Shown here in pieces: positions 1 to 9,184 of a stretch of DNA of 64,000 bases (its first letter is position 1; the number at the start of each line of letters is the position of its first letter). Made by a program: the position numbers and the translations under genes. Source of the stretch: Neptuniibacter sp. GTDB taxonomy: Bacteria; Pseudomonadota; Gammaproteobacteria; Pseudomonadales; Balneatricaceae. Location: the NCBI GenBank assembly GCA_050633685.1, contig JBOEHA010000023.1, positions 29,514-93,513 on the forward strand, read 5' to 3'. The notes under the pieces were generated by a model, which had not been told where the DNA came from, made no database searches, and saw only the letters and a program-made list of their open reading frames with translations.

Positions 1-1
1 T

Positions 2-949
2 GGTCTGGCTTATCCTGCCTATACACATTTCACATCACCTATCCGTCGCTACCCTGATCTACTTGTACACCGGTTGATTCGTGCTGCGATCCATTCCGAG
101 AAAAAAGATGCTGCTGTTATGCGGCCGGAAGGGTTTGTTGCTAATCCGGCTTTCCACTGGAAGTACAGCATGGAGCAACTGCTGCAGTTGGGTGAACATT
201 GCTCAATGACTGAGCGCAGGTCTGACGAAGCGACCCGTGATGTTGTTGCCTGGCTGAAGTGTGAATATATGCAGGATCATGTCGGCGATGAGTATGAAGG
301 CGTTATTGCGGCAGTGACCAACTTTGGTGTGTTTGTAGAGCTGGATAATCTGTTTGTAGAAGGGTTGATCCATATAACCGCTCTGCCAAGTGACTATTAC
401 GTTTATGATCAGGCTAAGCAGCGACTGGTCGGTGAACGAACTCGTAAGAACTTCCGTCTGGGAGATCGTCTACTGGTTAAAGTTGTCCGGGTTGATCTGG
501 ATGAGCGAAAAATTGATTTCGAGTTGGTAGAGCAGGGAAAGCAGGTCAGAAAAAAGAAATCGACCCGTGAGCTTCTTGCTGAAGGTAAGTTAGGCGGTGA
601 GGGCGCTTCTGGCGGTAAAACCATGGGCAGTCGCAGCGAGTGGGGGCATAAACCTGGTCGTAACAAAAGCGATAAGGTTAACCCTCGTAAAGGTTCGCAG
701 CGTGAAGCTCTGATGCGCTCCGCCAAGAAAAAAGATGTAGTCAAACAGGATGGGCCGAAAAAACGTATCGTTGAGCCTAAAGCTGCTCCTTCAGCCAAAC
801 ATCAACTGTCTGCGGCTGAGCAGGAATTGATGGAGTTTACCGGTGGGGGCAGTGGCAAAAGTAAAAAGGCGAAAAAGCGCAAAGTAACGGCAAAGCCTAA
901 GTTAAAAGGGAAACAAAAAGGTTTGAAGGTGAAAAAACCTAAACACTGA
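2..949 (+). CDS. rnr: Ribonuclease R, 5'-truncated by the window edge
   Basis: Frame is open from base 2 and encodes the RNB signature HFTSPIRRYPDLLVHR, then an S1 domain (GVIAAVTNFGVFVEL...EGLIHI) and a long Lys-rich C-terminal tail. Confidence 0.95.
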   Translation, partial: GLAYPAYTHFTSPIRRYPDLLVHRLIRAAIHSEKKDAAVMRPEGFVANPAFHWKYSMEQLLQLGEHCSMTERRSDEATRDVVAWLKCEYMQDHVGDEYEGVIAAVTNFGVFVELDNLFVEGLIHITALPSDYYVYDQAKQRLVGERTRKNFRLGDRLLVKVVRVDLDERKIDFELVEQGKQVRKKKSTRELLAEGKLGGEGASGGKTMGSRSEWGHKPGRNKSDKVNPRKGSQREALMRSAKKKDVVKQDGPKKRIVEPKAAPSAKHQLSAAEQELMEFTGGGSGKSKKAKKRKVTAKPKLKGKQKGLKVKKPKH

Positions 950-991
950 TTTCTAAAGCATGGGAATTTCATGCCCATGCTGCTTTGCCTT

Positions 992-1000
992 TGTTATAAT
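992..1000 (+). promoter_or_regulatory. Extended -10 sigma70-type promoter for serB
   Basis: TGtTATAAT 35 nt upstream of the serB ATG; no clear -35. Confidence 0.45.
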
Positions 1001-1034
1001 CCGCCCATTTAAAGCCAGATATGAACTGCTCTCC

Positions 1035-2252
1035 ATGAAAGAGATTATTCTGCTCAATCTTTCCGGTGAAGATAAACCGGGAGTTACTTCAGCTATAACT
1101 TCAATCCTTGCCGAATATCAGATTAATATTCTGGATATCGGTCAGGCGGTGATTCATGACACCTTGTCTTTAGGAATCCTGATCGAGGTACCTAAAGCTG
1201 CGGAATCGTCCCCTTTACTGCGGGATATTTTGTTTAAAGCGCATGAGCTGAACATGAATATCCGCTTCCAGCCCGTTGAAGAAGGTAACTATGAACACTG
1301 GGTGGATGGTCAGGGCAAATCACGTCATATCATCACTCTGTTATCCCGTAAGCTGAGCTCAGAGCATATTGCTGTAGTAACACGTATCGCTGCGGATCAT
1401 GGGCTTAATATTGATAATATCAATCGTTTATCCGGTCGAGTGAGTCTTAGTGATACACAGGAAAAAACGAAAGCCTGTGTGGAGTTTTCTGTACGTGGCG
1501 CTCCTGCGGATACATCCGCATTGCGTGCTGAATTTTTAAAAGCGGCCAGTGATCTGGATGTAGATATCGCCTTTCAGAAGGATGATATTTACCGCCGTAA
1601 TCGCCGTTTGGTTGTGTTTGATATGGATTCAACCCTCATTGAAGCCGAAGTCATCGATGAGTTGGCTAAAGAGGCGGGTGTTGGTGAGCAGGTGGCTGAG
1701 ATCACTGAGGCTGCTATGCGCGGTGAGATCGACTTCAACGAGAGTTTCCGTCGACGTATGGCGTTGCTTAAAGGTATGGATACATCGGTGCTGGATGCCA
1801 TAGCTGAGCGTATTCCGATGACAGAAGGAGCTGAAGAGCTGGTTTCCAACTTAAAGGCTTTGGGTTTCAAAACTGCAATTTTGTCGGGTGGCTTCAATTA
1901 CTTTGCATCACGCCTGCAACAGAAACTTGGCTTTGATTACGTTTACGCCAATGATCTGGATATTGATGGCGATGGCAAGGTTACGGGTGAAGTAAAAGGT
2001 ACGATTGTAAATGGTGATCGTAAGGCTGAACTGCTGCGTGAGATCGCTGACAAAGAGGGCATACGCCTTGAGCAAACCATTGCCGTAGGTGATGGTGCGA
2101 ACGACTTGCCAATGCTCTCTATAGCCGGTTTAGGCATCGCTTTCCGTGCGAAGCCGCTTGTACGCCAGAGTGCGAAACAGGCTATTTCCACTCTGGGCCT
2201 GGACGGTATTCTCTATCTCATAGGCTTTCGAGATCGAGATACTCTGATCTAG
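1035..2252 (+). CDS. serB: Phosphoserine phosphatase with two N-terminal ACT domains
   Basis: HAD motifs FDMDSTL, SGGF and GDGANDL; ACT motif GEDKPGV. Start moved to the ATG at 1035 (MKEIILLN). Confidence 0.93.
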   Translation: MKEIILLNLSGEDKPGVTSAITSILAEYQINILDIGQAVIHDTLSLGILIEVPKAAESSPLLRDILFKAHELNMNIRFQPVEEGNYEHWVDGQGKSRHIITLLSRKLSSEHIAVVTRIAADHGLNIDNINRLSGRVSLSDTQEKTKACVEFSVRGAPADTSALRAEFLKAASDLDVDIAFQKDDIYRRNRRLVVFDMDSTLIEAEVIDELAKEAGVGEQVAEITEAAMRGEIDFNESFRRRMALLKGMDTSVLDAIAERIPMTEGAEELVSNLKALGFKTAILSGGFNYFASRLQQKLGFDYVYANDLDIDGDGKVTGEVKGTIVNGDRKAELLREIADKEGIRLEQTIAVGDGANDLPMLSIAGLGIAFRAKPLVRQSAKQAISTLGLDGILYLIGFRDRDTLI

Positions 2253-4379
2253 TTACTCTGCGAAGAAGTCGTAGTCCATTTCATGGCGCGGCTGTTGCAG
2301 GTAATAGCCCTGCACATAACTGACCCCAGCTTTCCACAATGTCACCATCGCTTTGCTGTCTTCGACCAGAGGAGCAATGGTGACTTTGTCCATGTCGGAT
2401 AGGTTCTTAACCAGAGTAAAGAACTGGCGGTCCTGATTCTTATCTTTGCCCAGTTCCTGAATATACAGTCCATCGAGCTTGATGTAGTCAGCGTCGACTT
2501 TTTTGAGCACCTCTTTATCATATGGGGCGCTACCAAAGTGCTTGATGCAGATCTGACATTTGAGCTCATGAATGGCCTTGGCAAATAAGCGGGCTTTTTT
2601 CGGAGCGATGGCTATGTCGCTGTTACTGAGCTGAAAAACCAACTGTTCCGGTTGGAGCTGGCTTTCCTTAAGTGAGCTTGCAAACCATGCCAGTAGCTCT
2701 TCATTCCCCAGACAGTGCACAGAGAGATTGATGATGAGAGTGTTTTTCTGGCCATTGTCTGAAGCGACTTTCAGTTTTGATAAGCAGTTTTCTATGACCC
2801 AGCGGTCTACCTTAATGGCTGTTTCCGGGTCGCTCATTGCGTTCCGGAATTCGTTAGGAGATATTTCTTTTTCTTCCTCTCCCAGCATACGTAGGAGTAC
2901 TTCGTAATGGGCCTCGATTTTTGCTGCGGTCAGGTTTACTACTGGCTGGAATAGCAATTTGAGCTGTTGCGAATCCACCGCCTTACTGACCTGCTTCATC
3001 TCATTGTCATCCAGTTCAAAAGAACTGGTTGAAGAATATAGCTGAACTCCGTTGTTTTCACTTTCAGTGGTCTTAATTTCACCCGCAGCAGATGTTGCGT
3101 GAGCGAGTAGTTCAACCGGAGGAGGAGAGTTGTCGTTAATTAAGGCGATACCAATTGAACATGTGCTTTGCAGGGTTTCATCTGCTATTTTTACTTCCAG
3201 CTTTGCTACATGCTCCCGAATTTTTTCCGCAAATTTATGTGCTTTGTCCGGGCTTGGATCAAGGAAGATTACAGCGAAAATATTATTTTCAATATGAGTT
3301 AACAGGTGTGGATGCTTGATCGCTTTGTTGAGGTGAGTGCCAATTTCTCCTATATAGCGTTCTCTGTGTTCCTGGGAGGTGTTGGCACAGATATCGTCGT
3401 AATTATCCAGAACGATATAGAGTAAGCTGCAATCGTTACCGCCGGATAAAGAACGTTGTATAATCAGATCCAGCTGGCGCAGTAAAAAGTCTTTATTCAG
3501 TAGGCCTGAAACCAGGTTAAGGTCTTCATTCAGGGATTTGCCAATTAGATGATCATCGACCTTTAAGGCGATACGGATCGCTTTTTTACCCTGAAATTGG
3601 GAAGTTGCTAATTCCAGGTTGGTATTGAATTCAGACTGGTCATTTCTTAGTCCAGTTACCTGAAGAGTGTGTTCACCAAAACTATATTGGTTGAGCTCGG
3701 TTAAATGGCTTTGTATTTCCCCGCGGTGTTGCTCTATGAAGCGTTCCGTTATGTCCTTATTTAGAACCAGACTTTCTTCGAATTCGCCAAACAGATCGAG
3801 AAAACTCTCATTGGCGTAGACCACTTTATTATCTTGGCAGCAGGCAATGGCATGTTTAGAACTTTCCATGAGTTGAAAGTTTCGTTTCTCGGTTTTTGCT
3901 AGGGCTGCTCTGGCTTTACGAAGTTGGCGTCGGTGCTCCAGATTTGCCAGTTCTTTCCTGACCTGAAAAAGCAGAAGTTCTTTTTCATCCAGTGGCACAA
4001 TGGCGGTGATTCTGTTTTTTAGGGCTTGTAACTGTTTCTTGCTATCCGCTTCGGGTATCAGTTGAATAACAGGTAGGTCTTTATCAAGTCGTTTAATATG
4101 TTCAATAGCATCAACAGCATTGAATTTCCCCTCTTTAGGAGAGCAGATAACCATATCCCATGAACGCTCGCTGAGTGAATTTAGAAACTGCTTTTCGGTT
4201 TTGATCTGGCGACCGCGAGCTGAAATTCTGGGCGTTCTGAGTAATGCGAGCAGAGGAGCTATATCTTCTGCACTGAGGCCTATAAACAACAGGTGGACGT
4301 GTTTTCTCGAACGCTGCTGGCTGGCACCTTTTGTGTCATGATGCAGTTTTGAGCGGTCGAGTGTTTCTGTGTGCGACAT
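2253..4379 (-). CDS. FimX-like REC-PAS-GGDEF-EAL protein, catalytically degenerate (probable c-di-GMP receptor)
   Basis: GGDEF position reads ENNIF; EAL reads EVLLRM; DDFG position reads KHFG. Adjacent to serB, as fimX is in P. aeruginosa. Confidence 0.75.
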   Translation of the reverse strand: MSHTETLDRSKLHHDTKGASQQRSRKHVHLLFIGLSAEDIAPLLALLRTPRISARGRQIKTEKQFLNSLSERSWDMVICSPKEGKFNAVDAIEHIKRLDKDLPVIQLIPEADSKKQLQALKNRITAIVPLDEKELLLFQVRKELANLEHRRQLRKARAALAKTEKRNFQLMESSKHAIACCQDNKVVYANESFLDLFGEFEESLVLNKDITERFIEQHRGEIQSHLTELNQYSFGEHTLQVTGLRNDQSEFNTNLELATSQFQGKKAIRIALKVDDHLIGKSLNEDLNLVSGLLNKDFLLRQLDLIIQRSLSGGNDCSLLYIVLDNYDDICANTSQEHRERYIGEIGTHLNKAIKHPHLLTHIENNIFAVIFLDPSPDKAHKFAEKIREHVAKLEVKIADETLQSTCSIGIALINDNSPPPVELLAHATSAAGEIKTTESENNGVQLYSSTSSFELDDNEMKQVSKAVDSQQLKLLFQPVVNLTAAKIEAHYEVLLRMLGEEEKEISPNEFRNAMSDPETAIKVDRWVIENCLSKLKVASDNGQKNTLIINLSVHCLGNEELLAWFASSLKESQLQPEQLVFQLSNSDIAIAPKKARLFAKAIHELKCQICIKHFGSAPYDKEVLKKVDADYIKLDGLYIQELGKDKNQDRQFFTLVKNLSDMDKVTIAPLVEDSKAMVTLWKAGVSYVQGYYLQQPRHEMDYDFFAE

Positions 4380-4668
4380 TGCAGCCTGTCCCTGTAAGGT
4401 TACTCAGCGAAGCTGAAAAATAGACCTGAGCGTTCTATTCATATACCTATAATTTTATCGGCTTTAATTTCTACTGTCAGGTTTTTCCAGCGAATTTGCA
4501 GGTGAGGCTATAAGCAATTGATCGAACAGCCGGGATAAAATTTCTAGTGAGCTTCGAGGCGGTGTTTCTTGTTGTAGCTTGCAAGCGACAATTTGTCGAA
4601 CTCTGGAGGTTCTATGAGTTTGCTTGGAAGTAATATATTTTCAGGGAAGTAAAACGGGTAGAAGATAG

Positions 4669-4743
4669 TGGCTGGGGTAGGAGGATTCGAACCTCCGCAT
4701 GACGAGATCAAAACCCGTTGCCTTACCGCTTGGCGATACCCCA
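4669..4743 (-). tRNA. tRNA-Gln(UUG)
   Basis: Reverse complement TGGGGTATCGCCAAGCGGTAAGGCAACGGG-TTTTGAT-CTCGTCATGCGGAGGTTCGAATCCTCCTACCCCAGCCA; 75 nt, encoded CCA. Confidence 0.95.
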
Positions 4744-4758
4744 GCATTATCTAAAGCA

Positions 4759-4835
4759 TGGTGGCAATAGCGGGACTCGAACCTGCGACCCTCGCATTAT
4801 GAATGCGATGCTCTAACCAACTGAGCTATATTGCC
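4759..4835 (-). tRNA. tRNA-Met(CAU), elongator type
   Basis: GGCAATATAGCTCAGTTGGTTAGAGCA-TCGCA-TTCATAA-TGCGA-GGGTCGCAGGTTCGAGTCCCGCTATTGCCACCA; 77 nt. G1-C72 pair argues against initiator; downstream of ychF as in Pseudomonas. Ile2 not formally excluded. Confidence 0.9.
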
Positions 4836-4852
4836 GTGCTTTAGAGGCGCGA

Positions 4853-4881
4853 ATTATTCTCTTTTTGTGTTTGTCTGTCAA
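4853..4881 (-). promoter_or_regulatory. sigma70 stable-RNA promoter for tRNA-Met/tRNA-Gln
   Basis: TTGACA-17 nt-AATAAT followed by the GC-rich discriminator TCGCGCC. Confidence 0.7.
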
Positions 4882-4963
4882 TAGATTAAAGGTGAAAAAA
4901 AGCGAAAAAATACATAAAAAAACCGGCCATTAACAGCCGGTTATTTTGTATACAGAATCGGGC

Positions 4964-6055
4964 TTATACGTTGAAGCGGAAGTGCACAACATCACCATCT
5001 TTTACGATGTAATCCTTGCCTTCGAGTCTCCAGCGACCAGCGTCTTTTGCGCCATTTTCGCCGTTGTATTCAACGAAATCATCGTAGCTGACAACTTCAG
5101 CGCGGATGAAGCCTTTTTCAAAGTCTGTATGGATAACGCCAGCAGCCTGTGGAGCGGTTGCGCCGACTTTAACTGTCCATGCGCGTACTTCTTTAACGCC
5201 TGCTGTGAAATAGGTGTGAAGTCCCAGAAGATCGTAGCCAGCACGAATAACGCGGTCTAAGCCTGGTTCTTCCATGCCGAGATCCGCGAGGAACTCAAGG
5301 CGCTCCTCGTCATCCAGTTCAGCTATTTCTGCTTCCAGTTTGTTGCATACTACAACCACGCCGGCGTTTTCAGACGCAGCAAGTTCGCTTACCTGATCCA
5401 GATATGGATTGTCTTCAAAACCATCTTCATCGACGTTTGCGATGTACATGGTGGGTTTGACTGTCAGCAAGTGAAAGGCTTTAACGACCTGCATTTCATC
5501 TTCATTCAGATTCATGCTGCGAACGGGCTTACCTTCTTCCAGAAACGGAATGATGCGCTCCAGCATGGCTTTCTGGGCAACGGCTTCTTTATCACCGCCT
5601 TTAGCCAGCTTTTGAATGCGCTGAAGTTGTTTCTCTGCAGAATCCAGATCTGCCAGAGCCAGTTCCAGATTAATGGTCTCAATATCAGCCAGAGGCTCAA
5701 TTTTGTTGGCAACATGGATGACATTGTCGTCTTCAAAACAGCGAACGACGTGTGCAATGGCATCCGTTTCTCGGATGTTTGCCAGGAATTTATTCCCCAG
5801 GCCTTCGCCTTTGGATGCGCCTGCTACCAAACCGGCAATATCCACAAATTCCATAGCCGTAGGTACGACTCTTTCCGGGCTTACAATCTCTGTCAGCTTG
5901 TCCAGACGGGGGTCCGGCATTGGTACAGTGCCAGCATTAGGCTCAATGGTGCAGAAAGGAAAGTTTTCCGCCGCAATGCCGTTTTTAGTCAGTGCGTTAA
6001 ATAAGGTGGATTTACCAACGTTTGGTAGACCAACAATTCCGCATTTAAAACCCAT
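4964..6055 (-). CDS. ychF: Redox-regulated ribosome-binding ATPase YchF
   Basis: [42 protein letters not shown]-terminus [11 protein letters not shown]. Confidence 0.97.
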   Translation of the reverse strand: MGFKCGIVGLPNVGKSTLFNALTKNGIAAENFPFCTIEPNAGTVPMPDPRLDKLTEIVSPERVVPTAMEFVDIAGLVAGASKGEGLGNKFLANIRETDAIAHVVRCFEDDNVIHVANKIEPLADIETINLELALADLDSAEKQLQRIQKLAKGGDKEAVAQKAMLERIIPFLEEGKPVRSMNLNEDEMQVVKAFHLLTVKPTMYIANVDEDGFEDNPYLDQVSELAASENAGVVVVCNKLEAEIAELDDEERLEFLADLGMEEPGLDRVIRAGYDLLGLHTYFTAGVKEVRAWTVKVGATAPQAAGVIHTDFEKGFIRAEVVSYDDFVEYNGENGAKDAGRWRLEGKDYIVKDGDVVHFRFNV

Positions 6056-6075
6056 GATTGATTCCTGTGAATAAA

Positions 6076-6666
6076 CTAGCTGGCTGAGAAACTGTGTAAC
6101 TGGTTCATGGCTTTGCCCCAGTCGCCGGAAATGGCTAGCTCAAGATAGCGTTCGGCTTCATCTATAGCTGCCAGAGTGGCTTCGCGTTCTTTTGCGGGAG
6201 CCTTATTTAATACAAAACCGCTTACCTGACTACTGTGGCCGGGATGACCAATGCCTAAACGTAAGCGGTAGAAATTTTTGTTGTTGCCGAGTTTGCTGAT
6301 GATGTCTCGCAAACCATTGTGACCACCGTGCCCTCCACCGAGTTTAAATTTGGCAATGCCGGGAGGAAGGTCTAGCTCATCATGAGCGACCAGAATCTCT
6401 TGAGGTGGAATTTTGTAAAAGTTGGCCAGCGCAGAGACTGACTGACCGCTCAGATTCATGAATGTGGTTGGAACCAGCAGGTGAATAACCTGACCATCAA
6501 TCTGAACTTTGGAATATAGCCCGTGATATTTCTTTTCGGGCTTTAGGGGGGAGAGATGTCGAGCAGCAAGCTGCTCGACAAACTCTGCACCGGCATTGTG
6601 ACGAGTTTGGGCGTATTTAGTGCCTGGATTTCCCAGGCCAACAATAAGCTGGATCTTGTCTTTCAT
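6076..6666 (-). CDS. pth: Peptidyl-tRNA hydrolase
   Basis: [33 protein letters not shown]. Confidence 0.97.
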   Translation of the reverse strand: MKDKIQLIVGLGNPGTKYAQTRHNAGAEFVEQLAARHLSPLKPEKKYHGLYSKVQIDGQVIHLLVPTTFMNLSGQSVSALANFYKIPPQEILVAHDELDLPPGIAKFKLGGGHGGHNGLRDIISKLGNNKNFYRLRLGIGHPGHSSQVSGFVLNKAPAKEREATLAAIDEAERYLELAISGDWGKAMNQLHSFSAS

Positions 6667-6700
6667 GTCGGTGCACGTACCGATTAATCGTAGCGATTAA

Positions 6701-7291
6701 TTACTTGTTGCCGCGAGGAGCGTAAACGTAACCGATACCCTGATCGTGGTCACCGCCGCGACGCAGAGAAACGATTTCAACGCCTTCTGGCAGCGTGATG
6801 TCAGACAGGTGAAGAACCTGATCAGAATCACACTCAAGTAGGTCAACTGTCAGGCTCTCTGGCAGGTCTGCTGGCAAGCACAAGATTTCAACAGTGTTTT
6901 TCTCAGCAGCAAACTTGCATGCAGCTTTAGATGCTGGAGATTTTTCAAAGTTAGCAAATACAACAGGAACAGTGATTTTGATCTTGTTGGATTTAGTTAC
7001 GCGCTGGAAGTCAGCGTGCAGTACAACAGGTTTAGCTGGGTGACGCTGTAGGTCTTTAATGATGACCTGCTCTTCTTTACCGTCCAGAGACAGAGTCAGA
7101 ATAGAAGAGAAGAAAGCATCATCTTCAAGCATCTTAACCAGTTCGTTGTTAGCAACAGAGATAGAAGATGGCTTCTTACGCTTGTCACCACCAAATACGA
7201 TACCTGGAACCAGGCCTTCACGACGCAGGCGGCGGCTCGCACCTTTCCCCTCATCGTTACGTGCTACAGCATTAACTACAAAGTTAGACAT
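6701..7291 (-). CDS. rplY: 50S ribosomal protein L25/Ctc (long form)
   Basis: GKGASRRLRREG.VPG, LQRHP...HADF; located between prs and pth. Confidence 0.95.
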   Translation of the reverse strand: MSNFVVNAVARNDEGKGASRRLRREGLVPGIVFGGDKRKKPSSISVANNELVKMLEDDAFFSSILTLSLDGKEEQVIIKDLQRHPAKPVVLHADFQRVTKSNKIKITVPVVFANFEKSPASKAACKFAAEKNTVEILCLPADLPESLTVDLLECDSDQVLHLSDITLPEGVEIVSLRRGGDHDQGIGYVYAPRGNK

Positions 7292-7313
7292 TTTTCATAC
7301 CTTTAAATAAATA

Positions 7314-7346
7314 ATCTGCAAAATCTTGCGACCAGATTTTGCAGAT
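7314..7346 (-). promoter_or_regulatory. Perfect 13-bp stem-loop in the rplY leader
   Basis: ATCTGCAAAATCT-GGTCGCA-AGATTTTGCAGAT on the coding strand, 22 nt upstream of the rplY ATG. Confidence 0.5.
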
Positions 7347-7410
7347 ATTAAACCCTTGCGGGTATTAACCTTGCTGAATTGTCAGCAAGATACGTTATCA
7401 GGAGATATTC

Positions 7411-8352
7411 CTAGCGGAACATCGCGCTGATGGATTCTTCGTTACATACGCGGCGAACGGCTTCAGCCAGCATAGGTGCCAGAGTTAACTGACGAATTTT
7501 TTCACAGTTTTGGGCTGCGTCTGAAAGAGGGATTGTGTCAGTAACGACCAGTTCATCCAGTTCAGAGTTGGTAACGTTGGAAATAGCAGGTCCAGACAGT
7601 ACTGCGTGTGTTGCGTAAGCAATTACACGTTTCGCGCCCTTAGCTTTAAGTGCTTTAGCTGCTTTGCACAGAGTGCCAGCAGTGTCACACATGTCGTCAA
7701 CCAGTACGCAGGTACGGCCTTCAACGTCACCAATAATATTCATTACGTCAGATTCGTTCGCACGCTCACGACGTTTATCGATAATTGCCAGATCGCAATC
7801 CAGAATTTTGGCAACTGCGCGTGCACGAACAACGCCGCCTACATCTGGTGAAACGATCAGCATGTCTTCATATTCCTGATCAGCGATGTCATCCAGCAGT
7901 ACTGGAGAGCCGTAAACGTTATCTACGGGAACACTGAAGAAACCTTGAATCTGGTCGGCGTGCAGATCAACGGTCAGAACGCGGTCAATACCAATTGCGT
8001 CCATCATATCTGCAACAACTTTAGCGGTGATTGCTACGCGAGCAGAGCGTGGACGACGATCCTGACGTGCATAACCAAAGTAAGGAACAACGGCTGTAAT
8101 ACGAGAAGCAGATGCACGACGCAATGCGTCAGCAAGCACAATCAACTCCATCAGGTTGTCGTTTGTTGGTGCGCAGGTTGGTTGAATAATGAAAACGTCT
8201 TTACCACGTACGTTCTCCTGAATTTCAACGCTGACTTCGCCATCGCTAAAACGACCAACATTTGCTTTACCCATAGGGATATCAAGGCGATCGACTACTC
8301 TTCGCGCAAGATCCGGGTTAGCGTTGCCGGTGAAGACCATCATCTTTGACAC
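7411..8352 (-). CDS. prs: Ribose-phosphate pyrophosphokinase
   Basis: GTG start at 8352 gives (M)[14 protein letters not shown], 313 aa; [32 protein letters not shown]. The longer ORF-track start overlaps a tRNA. Confidence 0.96.
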   Translation of the reverse strand: MSKMMVFTGNANPDLARRVVDRLDIPMGKANVGRFSDGEVSVEIQENVRGKDVFIIQPTCAPTNDNLMELIVLADALRRASASRITAVVPYFGYARQDRRPRSARVAITAKVVADMMDAIGIDRVLTVDLHADQIQGFFSVPVDNVYGSPVLLDDIADQEYEDMLIVSPDVGGVVRARAVAKILDCDLAIIDKRRERANESDVMNIIGDVEGRTCVLVDDMCDTAGTLCKAAKALKAKGAKRVIAYATHAVLSGPAISNVTNSELDELVVTDTIPLSDAAQNCEKIRQLTLAPMLAEAVRRVCNEESISAMFR

Positions 8353-8416
8353 GGCGTGCACCTTTTCGATTGTAAGTTGTTCGGAATCTGTAGATCGGGA
8401 ACCGTTCATAGGTTTT

Positions 8417-8491
8417 TGGCTGGGGTAGGAGGATTCGAACCTCCGCATACTGGTATCAGAAACCAGTGCCTTACCGCTTGGCGATACCCCA
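8417..8491 (-). tRNA. tRNA-Gln(CUG)
   Basis: TGGGGTATCGCCAAGCGGTAAGGCA-CTGGT-TTCTGAT-ACCAG-TATGCGGAGGTTCGAATCCTCCTACCCCAGCCA; 75 nt. Confidence 0.95.
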
Positions 8492-8535
8492 ACATTTCCT
8501 CTTGGAGGACCGGCCTCCCGTTGAAAGAGGCGCAG

Positions 8536-8564
8536 ATTATCCCGGATTGATTTTGCAAAGTCAA
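8536..8564 (-). promoter_or_regulatory. sigma70 promoter for tRNA-Gln(CUG)-prs
   Basis: TTGACT-17 nt-GATAAT followed by the GC-rich discriminator CTGCGCC. Confidence 0.7.
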
Positions 8565-8592
8565 ACCAGAAATCTTGGATATATGACAGTTG

Positions 8593-9180
8593 TTAGAGGG
8601 TGATCCAGCTGTGTACAACCAGAGTGATTTTCAGGCCATTTCGAAACAGTTTGATCTTGCGTGGCAGGGCGGGTTCCAGACTGTTATATCTTAGGTATTG
8701 GATCGTCCAGCCGTTTTGTTGCAAGGTCTTTAATCGATTGGATTCGAGGCTGTGCTCAAACTGGCTGTCCGGTGAAGGGAGGCCTCTTATCCACCAATAA
8801 ATGTCACTGATGGGGATATCCCATCCGAGTTGTTGGTAAAGAATGAATTCTGGATCAGGTCCTACAAAAATGCCTTCACCTGATATATCTACAGTTACCT
8901 GGCCTGGAGTGCCTTGTATGGATGCGCCCCCCTGACCTAAAGGGCCGTGAATATCTATCTGGTACTGCTGTTGTTCCTGTAACCATTTAAGGCTGGCAGA
9001 ATTGCTGCTGTCCGGAGTGATGATTCCAATTTTGCCGCTGATATCCCAGTTCTCGAGAGCTTTTAGGGCGGACTGATGGTTTTCCCAGCTATCAGAAGCA
9101 GGAGGCGGTGTCTGGGTATCGATAGAGCTACATGCAGCTAAGAATACGCTGAACGCAGTAATGGTGAGTTTTTTTAACAT
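8593..9180 (-). CDS. lolB: Outer-membrane lipoprotein insertase LolB
   Basis: Lipobox LAAC; W.ISGKIG, LHGPLG-like motif, LGWDIP...YWWIRGLP, QQNGWTIQY; conserved position after the TPR gene. Confidence 0.93.
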   Translation of the reverse strand: MLKKLTITAFSVFLAACSSIDTQTPPPASDSWENHQSALKALENWDISGKIGIITPDSSNSASLKWLQEQQQYQIDIHGPLGQGGASIQGTPGQVTVDISGEGIFVGPDPEFILYQQLGWDIPISDIYWWIRGLPSPDSQFEHSLESNRLKTLQQNGWTIQYLRYNSLEPALPRKIKLFRNGLKITLVVHSWITL

Positions 9181-9184
9181 AAGC

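Noticed and set aside
4669-8491. Direct repeats at 4669-4743 and 8417-8491 resembling attL/attR of an integrated island
   Set aside because: Both are complete tRNA-Gln genes with different anticodons, the enclosed genes are housekeeping, and there is no integrase
8353-8618. ORF-track extension of prs to 8448, plus ORFs 8406-8618 and 4544-4747
   Set aside because: They run through tRNA genes; the GTG at 8352 gives a normal 313-aa Prs
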